From NCBI RefSeq assembly GCF_009914755.1, contig NC_060936.1: a stretch of 64,000 bases of DNA, one strand, 5' to 3'. Source of the DNA: the human T2T-CHM13v2.0 reference genome, Homo sapiens. Each line of letters opens with the position of its first letter. Within the stretch, counting starts at the first letter, position 1. Under the pieces are notes generated by a model. The model saw nothing but the letters and a program-made list of their open reading frames with translations, ran no database searches and had not been told where the DNA came from. Shown here piece after piece: positions 45,971 through 58,331 of the stretch. The translations under genes were made by a program, and so were the position numbers.

Positions 45971-46913
45971 TGTCAATGCCCTTCAGTTAAAGACCACCAG
46001 AAACATACCTGCAGTTGAACAAGTTGAGTTTATTACTTATTACAGTAAGGAAGAATACACATAAGAAACTGTGGGACATCATAGTAAGACGTTTCATAGG
46101 CTGAATCATGTTTTCTCAAAATTCATATGTTGAAGCCCTGACCATAGCACCTCACAATGTGATTACATCTGCAGATAAGGCCTTTACAGGTATTAAGTTA
46201 AAATGAAACCATTAAGATGGGCTCTATTCCAATCCGACTAGCTTTTTAATAATAAGAAATGTTAACACATTGAAAGATTGATATTTTTATACAGAGAAAA
46301 GACCGTATGTGGACACAGCAAGAAGGCAGCTATCTACAGGACAAACAGAGAGGCTTCAGAAGAAATCGAACCTGCTGACACTTAATGTTCTTGGACTTCT
46401 AGCCTCCAGAATTGTGAGAAAATAAATTTCCATCATTTAAACCACCCAGTCTGTGGTACTCTGTTACAGCAGCCCTAGCAAACTAATATAGAGAATGTTA
46501 GGAAAAAAAATCTACTATAGGGTTTGTGCTTTGGTTGGGTGCTTTTGAGGAGAATCTAAATAAGCAGGAGTTCACTCTAAGTGCTGACAAAAAGCAGGGG
46601 GCAATTCTGTGTTCTGATATCTCATGATATCTCAGTAAGTATCATCTATATGTAAGGCAGACAAGAATGAGGCTAAAGCTGTAATTGGTAAAGAAGTAGA
46701 AGTCACTCATGTTAGTCATGAAAGGGGGATGTTTGCCGTTTTGCAGATAGCACAGTGACCTTGTTTTTGCTGTGTTTTTAAAAAAATTAAGTGGCCTTGT
46801 TTTGTCTTGCTTTGGGACAGTCTCAGAGTGACTTTGATGCTGGTGTTTGATGAGATTTCTTACATCTAATAGGTGAACAACAGCTATGAATGCCAGGCCA
46901 GCTTCAAATGACA
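45971..46913 (-). mobile_element. ERV1 MER4-group solo LTR (family uncertain), split by MLT1B
   Basis: tgtcaatgcc...aatgaca ends; ttgttttgtcttg and gaccacca motifs. Confidence 0.6.
46091..46490 (+). mobile_element. MLT1B-like LTR
   Basis: ggctgaat...caaaattcatatgttgaagccct...gcagccctagcaaactaata. Confidence 0.85.
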
Positions 46914-47429
46914 CTGGAGAGGCTAGAGCTTTGGCACAACAGTTCCTGGTTCTTTTTCACCTTTGAATCGTTTTAAAATAATAACCCTTTCACTTAATTG
47001 TAAAATTATAATATACACATGTACAAGGCTAGAGACTGTTTAGTACTATGTGGAATTTACTAGAGGAGCCAAAAAGGTTTACTGCCACACACAATATGAT
47101 CTTCTTTCATCCATATTGCCGTAGATCTATTTTCTCAACACAGTCCTATCTCAGCTGAGTAGCTAGGCTGCCATAAATATAAGTGACGAACACTCCTACT
47201 GATTAAATTACCACAACTGTTGACATTTATATTGTATTTCTTATTTGCATAAGAGCTTTTCATCATCTTGTCAGTTTTTCCTCACAAATAAAGGAGGCTA
47301 TGGATGCCCCAAAGAGATCAGATGGCTTTCCAAAAGGCATAGTTGGTGGAGTCAAAGCATGAAGTCATCTTCTGAGCTGTGAGTTCACTCTCAATATATT
47401 CGTGCTTTATTTGTCCAACTAACATAACA

Positions 47430-47675
47430 CCACAGTGGCTGAGAAGGCAGATCTGGGGCAGGCTACCTCCATTTATACCCCACTCTGCCACTAACTACCT
47501 TTGTGACTTCTAGAACATTGTTTACCATCTCTGTGCCTCAGTTTTCACATCTGTAAAATGGAATTTCTAATAGTATCTAGCTCATCAGTTTGTTTCACAG
47601 ATTAAACAAGTCAGCACATGAAAAATGTTTAGGATAATGAAGACTCATAGTTAGCATTTATTAAATGCTGGCTAC
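47430..47675 (+). mobile_element. MIR
   Basis: ctctgccactaactac...tctctgtgcctcagttttcacatctgtaaaatgg. Confidence 0.85.
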
Positions 47676-47745
47676 TGTTGTGGGAGAACTGTATCCCTTC
47701 AAAATTCATATGATGAAGTTCTAACTCCCAGGGCCCCAGAAAGTG

Positions 47746-48302
47746 TGTGATGGTTAATATTGAGTGTCAGCTTGATTGCACCGAAAGATGCAAAGTATTA
47801 GTCCTGGGTGTGTCTGTGAGGATGTTGCCAAAGGAGATTAACATTTGAGTCAGTGGGCTGAGAGAGGCAGACTCACCCTCAATGTGGGTGGGTCAGTGTG
47901 GGTGGGAACCATCCAATCAGCTGCTAGCATGGCTAGAATAAAGCAGGCAGAGAAGATGGAAGAGCTGACTTGCTGAGTCTTCCAGCCTTCATCTCTCTCC
48001 CATGCTGGATGCTTCCTGGCCTGGAAGATCAGACTCCAAGTTCTTCAGCTTTTAGACCCTTGGACTTATTCCACTGGTTTGCCAAGGGCTCTTAGGCCTT
48101 TGGCCACAGACTGAAGGCTGCACTTTCAGCTTCCCAGCCTTTGAGGTTTTAGGACTCAGACTGGCTTCCCTGCTCCACAGCTTACAGATGGTGTATTGTG
48201 AGACTTTGCCTTGTGATCATGTGAGTCAATACTCCTTAGTAAATTCCCTTTCATAAATACATATATCTCATTAGTTCTGTCCCTCTAGAAAACTCTAATA
48301 CA
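47746..48302 (+). mobile_element. MLT2A (HERV-L) LTR acting as 5' LTR of a chimeric element
   Basis: tgtgatggttaatattgagtgtca...gatgcaaagtatt..cctgggtgtgtctgtgagg...ttagttctgtccctctaga..ctaataca. Confidence 0.92.
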
Positions 48303-49881
48303 GATTTTGGTGACAGGAATGGGGTGCTGCTATAAAGAGACCCAAAAATGTGGAAATTACTTCAGAACTGAGTAACAGGAAGAAGCTGGAACAGTTTGGA
48401 GGGCTCTGAAGAAGACAGAAAAATGTGAGAAAGCTTGGAACTTCCTAGAGACTTGGAAGGCTCAGAAGTAAGGAAGACGTGGGAAGGTTTGGAACTCCCT
48501 AGAGACCTTTTTGAATGCCTTTGACCAAAATGCTGATAGTCATATGGACAATAAACTCTGGGTTGAGGTGGTCTCAGATGGAGATGAGGAACTTTGGAGG
48601 AACCGGAATAAAGGTTACTCTTACTATGAAAAGAGACTGGCAGCATTTTGCCCTTGCCCTAGAGATCTGTGGAACTGCGATGTTGAGAGAGATTATCTAG
48701 GGTATCTAGTGGAAGAAATTTCTAAGTGGCAAAGCATTCAACAGGAAGCAGATATAAAAATTAGAAAAATTTTCAGCCCGATGATGCAAAGGAAAAGAAA
48801 AACCCAATATCTGGGGAGAAATTCAAGCCAGCTGCAGAAATTTGCATAAGTAATGAGGAGCCAAATGTTAGTCACCAAGACAATGGGGAAGATGTTTCCA
48901 GGGCATGTCAGAGAGCTTCACAGCAGCCCCTCCCATCACAGGCCTGGAGGCCTAGGAGGGAAAAATGGTTTTCCAGGACAAGTCCAGGGCCCCCCTGCTA
49001 TGTGTAGCCTTGGGACTTGGTGCCCTGTGTCCCAGCTGCTCCAGCCATATCTAAAAGGGGCCAAGGTAGAGCTCAGGCCGTTGCTTCAGAGGGTGCAAGC
49101 CCTAACCCTTGGCAGCTTCCATGTGGTGTTGGTCCTGCAGGCACATAGAAGACAAGAATTGAGGTTTGGGAACTTACACCTAGACTTCAGAAGATGTATG
49201 AAAATGCCTGGATGTCCAGATAGAAGTCTTCTGAGTGGAGGAGTCCTGATGAGCCTCTGCTAGGGCGAATCAGAACAGAAATCTGGTCAGAGTACCAACA
49301 CAGAGTCCCCACCAGGGCACTACCTAGTAGAGCTATGAGAAGAGAGCCACCATCCTTCAGATCCCAGAATGGTAGATCCACCAAAGGCTTTCACCTTGCA
49401 CCTGGAAAAGCCACAGACACTCAACACCAGCCAGTGAAAGCAGCCAGGAGGCAGGCTGTATCCTGAAAAGCAATAGGGATGGAGCTGAAAAAGGCCATGG
49501 GAGCCTACCTCTTGCATCAGCATGACCAGGATGCGAAACATGGAGTCAAAGGAGAACATCGCAAAGCTTTAAGGTTTGGCTGCCCCGCTGGGTTTTGGAC
49601 TTGCATGGACCCTGTGATCCCTTTGTTTTGGCCAATGTCTTTCTTTGGGATGGGTGTATTGACCCACTGCCTGTACCACCATTGTATCTAAGAAGTAACT
49701 AACTTGCTTTTGGTTTTACAGGTTCATAGGTAGAAGGGACTCACTTTGTTGCAGATGAGACTTTGGACTTGGACTTTTGAGTTAATACTGGAATGAGTTA
49801 AGACTTTGGGGAACTGTTGGAAGGGCATGATTGTGTTTTGTAATGTGAGGGCATGAGATTTGGGAGTGGTCAGGGGTGGAA
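48303..49881 (+). mobile_element. THE1/MST MaLR internal sequence
   Basis: acccaaaaatgtgga...gaggtggtctcagatggagatgagga...ggtcaggggtggaa; homologous to 51995-53226. Confidence 0.92.
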
Positions 49882-50282
49882 TGATATGGTTTGGTTGTGT
49901 CGCCACCCAAATCTCATCCTGAATTGTAGTTCCCATAATCCTCATGTGTCATGGGAGGAATCTGGTGGGAAGTAATTTATTTATAGGGGCAGTTACCCTC
50001 ATGCTGTTCTCATGATAGTGAATGAGTTCCCATGAGATCTGATGGTTCTAATGAGGCTTTTCCCCCTTTTGCTCAGCACTTCTCCTTACTGCTGCCATGT
50101 GAAGAAGGACATGTTTGCTTCCCTTTCCACCATGATTGTGAGTTTCCCAAGGCCTCCCTATCCATCATGAAGATGTGAGAAGGTTTGGAACTTCCAAATG
50201 TGAGTCAATTAAACCTCTTTCCTTTATAAATTGCCTAGTCTTGGGTATGTCTTTATTAGCAATGTGGGAATGGGCTAATACA
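49882..50282 (+). mobile_element. THE1D-like 3' LTR
   Basis: tgatatggtttgg...ctaataca, followed by TSD aagta. Confidence 0.92.
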
Positions 50283-50913
50283 AAGTAACTATATTTAAAA
50301 TAGTAATTAAATTAAAATGGAGTCCTTAAGGTGAACTCTGATCCAATATGACTGGTGTCATTATAAGAAAAGGAGATTAGGGCACAGACAACACAGACAC
50401 ACAAGATGAACATGTCAGGACACAGTGAGAAGGCAGCCATCTGCAAGACAAGGAAAGAAACCTCAGAGTGAAACCAATCCTGCCAATCATTGATCCCAGA
50501 CTTCTCTAAAACTGTGAAAAAAATAAATTTCTGCCATTTAATGCTGCTAATTTACCTTGAATGTGTGACTTTTCTTTTATTTATTCTGCTTTTTATGCTA
50601 TTTTTATGATTAGAGAAAGACATTTTCCATAGACTGAGTAGAATAAATCATTTTCTTATTATTCACATGTTTTCAGTAAGGTAGTTTCACAACTGACTTC
50701 ATTCATTTAACTTCTTTTTCTTTTCTAAAGGTTGGCAGTGTTTATAATAGGTATCTTTTTGAAAATGTTCTGTTGGTCAAGCCACCCAGCATATGCTATC
50801 TTGTTACAGCAGCCTAATTAACCTAATATAGCTGCATTTATAAATATTAGCCACTGCTACTGACAGAACAATTCCAATAAATTCTTCTTGTCACTTCTTA
50901 ATAAAGACATTGA

Positions 50914-51616
<703 letters not shown>

Positions 51617-51635
51617 TTCTTTTCTTAATGTTTCT

Positions 51636-51994
51636 TGATATGGTTTGGCTGTGTCCCCACCGCCCCCCATACTCAACTTGAATTGTATCTCCCAGAATTC
51701 CCACATTCTGTGGGAGGTACCCAGGGCAAGGTAACTGAATCATAGGGGTGGGTTTTTCCTATGCTATTCTTGTGATAGTGAATAAGTCTCACGAGATCTG
51801 GGGGTTTATCAGGGGTTTCCGCTTTTGCTTCTTCCTCATTTTTCTCTTGTCACCATCATGTAAGAAGTGCCTTTCGCCTCCCACCATGATTCTGAGGCTT
51901 CCCCAGCCATGTGGAACCGTAAGTCCAGTTAAACCTCTTTTTGTTCCCAGTTTCAGGAACGTCTTTATCGGCAATGTGAAAATGAACTAACACA
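51636..51994 (+). mobile_element. THE1A 5' LTR
   Basis: ctcaacttgaattgtatctcccagaattccc and ggtttccgcttttgcttcttcctc THE1A-type motifs. Confidence 0.9.
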
Positions 51995-53226
51995 GTAAAT
52001 TGGTACCAGGAGTGGGTTGTTGCTGAAAAGATACCCAAAAATGTGGAAGCAGCTTTGGAATTGGTAACAGGCAGAGGTTGGAACAGTTTGGAGGGCTCAC
52101 AAGAAGACAGGAAAATGTGGGAAAGTTTGAAACTTCCTAGAGGCTTGTTGAATGACTTTGCCCAAAATACTGATAGCAACATGGATAATAAGGTCCAGGC
52201 TGAGGTGGTCTCAGATGGAGATGAAGAACTTGTTGGGAACTGGAGCAAAAGTGACTCTTGTTATGTTTTAGCAAGATGGCTGGTGGCATTTTGCCCCTGT
52301 CCTAAAGATTTGTGGAACTTAGAATTTAAGAGAGATGATTTAGGGTATCTGGTGGAAGAAATTTCTAAGCAGCAAAGCATTCAAGAGGTGACTTGGGTCC
52401 TGTTAAAAGCTTTCCGTTTTAAAAGAGAAACAGAGCATAGAAGTTCAGAAAATTTGCAGCCTGACGATGCAGTAGGAAAGAAAAACCCATTTTTTGAGGA
52501 GAAATTTAAGCCAGTTACAGAAATTTGCATAAGTAGCAAGAAGCCTAATGTTAATCCCCAAGACCGTAGGGGAAAATATCTCCAGGCCATGTCAGAGAGC
52601 TTCACGGCAGCCCCTTCCATCACAGGCATGGAGGTCCAGAAGGAAAAAGTGGTTTTGTGGGCCAGGTCTATGGTCCCTGTGCTGTGTGCAGCCTGGGGAA
52701 TTGGTACCCCATGTACCAGCTGCTCCAGTCATAGCTGAAAGGGGCCAACACAGAGCTTGGACTGTGGCTTCAGAGGGAGGAAGCCTCAAGTGTTGGCAGC
52801 TTCCACGTGGTGTTGAGCCTGTGGGTGCACAACAGTCAAGAATTGAGGTTTGGGAACCTCTGCCTAGATTTCAGAAGATGTATGGAAACACCTGATGCCC
52901 AGGCAAAAGTTTGCTGCAGGAGTGGGCTTTCATGGAGAATATCTGCTAGGACAGTGTGGAAGGGAAATGTGGGATTGGAGTTCCCAAAGAGAGTCCCTAC
53001 TGGGGCACCGCCTAGTGGAGCTGTGAGAAGTGAGCCACTGTCCTCCAGGCCCCAGAATGGTAGATCCACTGGCAGCTTACACTGTGTGCCTGGAAAAACC
53101 ACAGACACTCAATGCCAGCCTGTGAAGGCAGACAGGAGGGAGGCTATACCCTGTAAAGCCCCAGAGGTGGAGCTGCCCAAGACCATGGGAACCCACCTTT
53201 TCCATCAGCAAAACCTGTATGCCAGA
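51995..53226 (+). mobile_element. THE1A internal sequence, 3'-truncated
   Basis: Starts gtaaattggtaccagg; carries the 231-aa ORF 52043-52738. Confidence 0.92.
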
Positions 53227-53231
53227 TTGCC

Positions 53232-53777
53232 CTCACATCTGAAAATGGGTATTTCTTTTCTACCACATGGTCAAGCTGCAAATTTTCCAAACTTTTATGC
53301 TCTGCTTCACTTTTAAACATAAGTTCTAATTTCAGATCATCTCCTTGTGAATGCATATGATTGTATGCTTTCAGAAATAGGTTACATGTTGAATCATTTG
53401 CTGTTTAGGAAGTTCTTCTGCCAGATACCCTAAATCATCTCTCTCAAGGTCAAAGTTCTACAGATCTCCACAGCAGAGGCAAAATACTACCAGTCTCTTT
53501 GCTAAAGCATAGCAAGAGTGACCTTTGCTCCATTTCCCAATAAGTTCCTCATTTCCATCTGAGACCACCTCAGCCTGCACTTCACTGTCCACATCACTAT
53601 CAGAATTTTGGCCAAAACCGTTCAAGTCTCTAGGAAGTTCCAAACATTTGCACATTTTCATGTCTTCCTCTGAGTCCTCCAAACTATTCTAACCTCTGTC
53701 CATTACCCAGTTCCAAAGTTGCTTCCACTTTTCAGGTATCTTTATAGCAGTCTCCCAAACTCCTGGTACCAATTTTT
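53232..53777 (-). mobile_element. MST(A)-type internal sequence, 5' part only
   Basis: Reverse-strand homolog of 51995 to ~52500 (ORF 53458-53682 resembles the THE1 ORF). Confidence 0.9.
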
Positions 53778-54156
53778 TGTATTAGTTTGTTTTCACACTG
53801 CTATGAAGAACTACCTGAGACTACATAATTTATAAACAAAAGAGGTTTAATTGACTCACAGTTCCACACGGCTAGGGAGGCTTCAGGAAACTTACAATCA
53901 TGTGGAAGTCAAGGGGAAAGCAAAGCACAACTTGCATGGCAGCAGGAGAGGGAGAGAGAGAGAGAGAGAAGGCTAAAGGAGAAGTGCTACACTTTAAAAC
54001 CGTCAGCTCTCATAATAACTCACTCACTGTGAGGAGAATAGCATGGGGGAAACCACCCTCATGATCCAATCACCTCCCACCAGGTCCGTCCTTTGACTTG
54101 TGGGGATAACAATTTGAGATGAGATTTGGGTGGTGACACAGAGACAAATCATACCA
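53778..54156 (-). mobile_element. MSTA-like 5' LTR
   Basis: tgtattagtttgttttcacactgctatgaagaactacctgagact...gagatttgggtgg..acacaga...atacca. Confidence 0.9.
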
Positions 54157-54669
54157 ATATGTAATATAAATACATATAGAAAAATACACACTATTCACTG
54201 GTATATATAAAAAAGCATCAAGTCATTAGGTTGGTGTTTTCATCAGAATCAATGTGAATTCACCAGAGATAGAAAAATAAAACAGAGAAAACAAGTATAC
54301 TACATAATATTCTGGATTATTTTCATCACAAGAATAGGCCAAGAACACACAAGGAAACCAAACAAGTCGAATTAAATGTTTCTTGCAAAATTGCAATATA
54401 CATATTGCCCTCCTGGTCATCCTGAAAATAGACATCATCCCCAGCCCCACTTATAGTGAAAAAAAAAAAAAACTCAAACAAATTAAGCATTGATTAGAGG
54501 TACAGCCAAATATAGTCTCAGTGATAAAACAGCTAGGGAGAGTGAAAAAGATCCTATCAGTATAAGTGATGTCATTATGGGGAAGAATATGACCCAGGCA
54601 TAAATGGATTAACTTGAACCTGTGAATTTGAGAAAGCGTTCTTATCCTATTGAACCTGGCCTCATCGGT

Positions 54670-55120
54670 GTGCATTATTTAGGCTACGCTGCTGTAATAA
54701 AGAAAATTAGCATAATTAAGCAGCTTAAAGAAGACACAAATTTATTTCCCTCTCATTTGATGGTCTAAAGTGAGCAGTCTGGATTAATAGGCTGCCTTAT
54801 TTCATGCAGCCTATTTCATTTTCATTCACTCAAAAACCCAGGTTCCTTTCTTCACATTCTCTCGCCATTTTTTAGTGCCTTCCCTTTACCTGTATGAGTT
54901 TTGGGTCACTGCCACATTAAGGTTGCCTCTGTCTAATAGGCAGAGGAGAGTGTTATGGAACATAGCCAGGAGTAGGTTCAGAAGTGGCACACATTATTTC
55001 CATTCACGTATTTTTTAGACGGAATTTACTCACATGACCACACTTAACTTGGAAAACTTGGAAATAGGGCTATCAGTGTACCGAAGACAGGGCAGGTGAG
55101 CCTAGATGGAGTTTGCCTCA
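54670..55120 (-). mobile_element. Old MaLR LTR (MLT1J-like)
   Basis: taggctacgctgctgtaa...cagaagtggcacacattatttccattcac...cacatgaccacacttaac. Confidence 0.6.
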
Positions 55121-55564
55121 ATATTGAAGCAACATAATCATGCTAAAATAACTAATAAAAAAAGAGAAATGGGAATTAAGATGTATATTTGTCTAACCTG
55201 AAATTTTTAAAAAGTTTTCTAGTTGCTTTTTTTCTCACTGAATGAAAGTAGGTATAAATAAAAATGTCTACCAATAGCTAATTCACACAACAAATTTCAG
55301 AATGTAAAACAAATTTAAGTCTTTATGGGAAAACGTACAGTAAAGTGTAAATCATCACTATATAGTGTTTGAAATATTTAATTGAAACAAGTGTTGTAAT
55401 TATTTTATCTTTTCTAATGATGTAAAAATGTAGTTTAAAATCTATTTTACACAATTCTAAATCACTTTAAATTTTGTTCTTATTTTACACATGGCAATAG
55501 ACCGAATCCAAAAAAAAAAAAGTTTTCATTTAATAAATTCAATTCAAGATGATATATTTTTGTG

Positions 55565-55592
55565 GTTACCTAGGTAATAGTTGCTATAGCTC
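55565..55592. promoter_or_regulatory. RFX-like palindrome GTTACCTAGGTAAT plus adjacent half site GTTGCTATAG
   Basis: 12-bp perfect palindrome ttacctaggtaa at 55566-55577; motif match only. Confidence 0.3.
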
Positions 55593-56189
55593 TGGAATGC
55601 ATTATCAGTTTAACAGTATATTCATAATAGGTCCTACAGTGTAGATTCAGATCACTATTTTATAGACTGTCATAAATAAATATGTTAATCTTTGCATTAT
55701 CCATCAATATCAAATATGCTAACATGTTCCATTATCATCAATATTTCAAATACCAATTTCAAATCTATTCTTCCCCAGACAGGGAAGATAAAAAATTATA
55801 TACAATTTCATAATTGTATATTGTACATATATTGGTTTTAAAGATGTTAACAGCTATATAATTGAATGTCTTCAAAAAAGGAAACATCAAGTATGTTTCT
55901 ATGCTAAAAACATACAAACATATATAGAATATAAATAATCCTGAAAAGATTTTTAACATGATATTCATTTCTACTAATTAAATCAACTGTTATGTAGTTG
56001 GTTAGCCAACGACCCTCTATCTTGAAAAACAATTTGACTTCAATTTACATGTATAATTCCTGGATTTTTAATTATTAAATTGGAATCCATTCTGAAGTAC
56101 ATAGAAGTTTTGATTGATGTCTCACAGAGCATAAATAATTGCCTCTTTTAAGCTGTTTGGTAATTTTAAAGCAATAAGTAGCACTGCAT

Positions 56190-56400
56190 ACTAGAATAAG
56201 CTAGAGCTAACTGTCAGACTTGCAATCAAATTTCATGTGTGAAATTAGCTACGTGATTTTGCACAAGTTACCTAAAGCTCAGAGCCTCAGTATTCTCATC
56301 TCTAAAGGACATTCATAGGATCATTTTTCATATAAAGTGAGATAATTTGTATGGAAACCATCTAATAATAATGGTATGTATGAACTCAAAGCAATTACTA
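56190..56400 (+). mobile_element. MIR
   Basis: gcacaagttacctaaagctcagagcctcagtattctcatctctaaa. Confidence 0.75.
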
Positions 56401-56809
56401 TAACATAACTACCAATCAATTTCTCCTTTACTGGTTTAATTGTAGATGCAAAGATCCAAAGCAAATTGGATGTTGCTCCAAACTCAAAAGATGTTTTTAA
56501 TTTATATTGATTATTGATATATTTAGCTCTAGGTATCGAAGGTAGAAACTTCTGTATTACCAAAACTTTTTGAACTCTTTTTCCAAAACACAGTGTTTAT
56601 AAAGAGGTTACCACTATCTATATTCTAACTATAGCACCATAAAATTCAACTAGCTTTACTAGCTCTCTCGACTATAACTCAGATCCCTCATCTGTATGAT
56701 ATATGAATATGATGAATATAGTACAAAAAACAAAATATATTGTACCTTTTAAAAATCAACCTATTCTAGGGATAAAATGTAAACACACTCACACATACAC
56801 ACAGACACT

Positions 56810-57950
56810 TATATTGCCTCTCTTTTCTCAGGCTCGAATTCCCTTTTCCTTACCCTTGCTTTCCAAAAAGGCTTTCATCCCTTCTATTCCAATGAAATTT
56901 CTCCTATCAATATTGACTTCCATTTTACCGTTTCCAAAAGTCAACACCAAGTCCTCATCTTAGATGACTTATTAGAAGCATTTGACATTGATGATTATTC
57001 CCTCTCCTCCTTTTATTTTAATAGTTGGCTTTCCAGGACACCACATCTTCTAATGTTCTTCCTGCCTTTCTGACTGCTCCTTCACCATCTCCTTTGCTAC
57101 CTCCTCCTCTTCATACCTACTTTTAGATTTTGGAGTGCCTTAGGGCTTAATCAAGGATATACTTCTCTATTTATACTCACTTTTATAGGTGATCTCATCC
57201 AAATCTGTAGCAATAAATGTCATCTGTACATTAGTGAGTCCTAAACTGAATTGTTACTCTACTTGTCCTGTGACTTTTAAGAAACCCATATCACATTAAC
57301 TGTTTACATGTCAACAAAGAATCTTATGATCACCTTAAATTTAACATATCCAAAACAGAATTCTATCTCCCCATCAGGATCACAAACCTGTTCCTCACTC
57401 AATTCTTCCCCTTTATCTGTACATTTCCTCAGGTCATAAGCTCTGGAACCATCCTTTACTTCTCTCTTTCCCTCATTTTCTATATCCAACTCATCAGAAA
57501 GGTATGGTTTGAATATATGTCTGATTCCTACCTCTTCTGATGGCCCTACCACTAACACTCTACTGAAAGGCACAATCCTCCAGTGTGAATTTTATAAAAA
57601 TGTACAACAGATTATGATACTCTCTAGTTCAAAGTTTCCATGGGCCATCCATAATACTCAGAAAATATCCTAACCGTAGCCCTTATGTTCCTAGTCTATC
57701 TTCACAATCTCATCTCCTATCTCTTTCTACTAATTTTCTTCACTTCAGCCATGGCTTGTTCCCAGGTTATCACATTCTTATTTTCTGTCTCCTCTCCCAG
57801 AATGACCTTGCCCAGATTTTCATGTGGACTAAAGCTAACTTCCAAGTCTCTGCTCAACTATCATATTATCAATGGCCTTTTGCATCATCTTATTTAAAAT
57901 AAACTTCCCATATCACTTTCTCTTCTTACCTTATTTTCATCTATAACAAA
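56810..57950 (+). mobile_element. L2
   Basis: aagtcaacaccaagtcctcatctta...gcatttgacattgatg...ggctttccaggacaccac...ggtgatctcatcc. Confidence 0.8.
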
Positions 57951-58331
57951 TGTAGTGAACAAAGACATGTTGCTCTCAGACCCACTTCCAAGAAATAATC
58001 TGCTGCCTAGAAATGAGCAATGGCGTTTTCTGACAGTTCTCAGCCATTAACTCCACGAGTATAGGTGATACTCTGTTCTGTGTGACATCAGCTAATGGCT
58101 GAGAAATGTGTTACTACAGAGACCTAGCCATTTCTAATGGATATTTTTTTGTTCTGGAGTGCTTCTGTGGACTGCCAGATACATTGTCAATTACAGCATC
58201 ATAACTGACCTCTGTTCATTCCCACTGCCTGTTTTTCCCCTTCATTGGTTTCACTGGTTTGCACTCCAACAAAATTTTAAAATTTTACCCTCGATTTTAG
58301 TGTGTTCTTTCTAGAAGACCCAAATTATACA
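57951..58331 (+). mobile_element. LTR16-like ERVL LTR
   Basis: tgtagtgaac...ctcagaccc...tgtgacatcagctaatggctgaga...tctagaagacccaaa. Confidence 0.55.

Larger units (their letters stand above)
47676..50830 (+). mobile_element. MLT1 (A/B-like) LTR in three pieces: 47676-47745, 50283 to ~50540, ~50762-50830
   Basis: Pieces are collinear with the MLT1 consensus; outer TSD gctac (47671-47675) / gctgc (50831-50835). Confidence 0.85.

Noticed and set aside
48400-48510. Tandem ~55-bp repeat (gggctc.gaag...ggaact.cctagagac)
   Set aside because: I recall this as a common variant of THE1 internal sequence, so it is not locus-specific.
52043-52738. Longest ORF (231 aa) as a novel protein gene
   Set aside because: It lies wholly in THE1A internal sequence, starts at GTG, and has broken homologs at 48511 and 53458. 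It is the known MaLR internal ORF remnant.
54226-54475. Possible exon or retrocopy (minus acceptor ttttcag|GATGACC; A-run near 54459)
   Set aside because: No good donor, no recognisable peptide in any frame, and no TSD.
56446-56532. Plus-strand exon candidate (RCKDPKQIGCCSKLKRCF*)
   Set aside because: Modest acceptor, weak donor, no nearby AATAAA and an unrecognised peptide.
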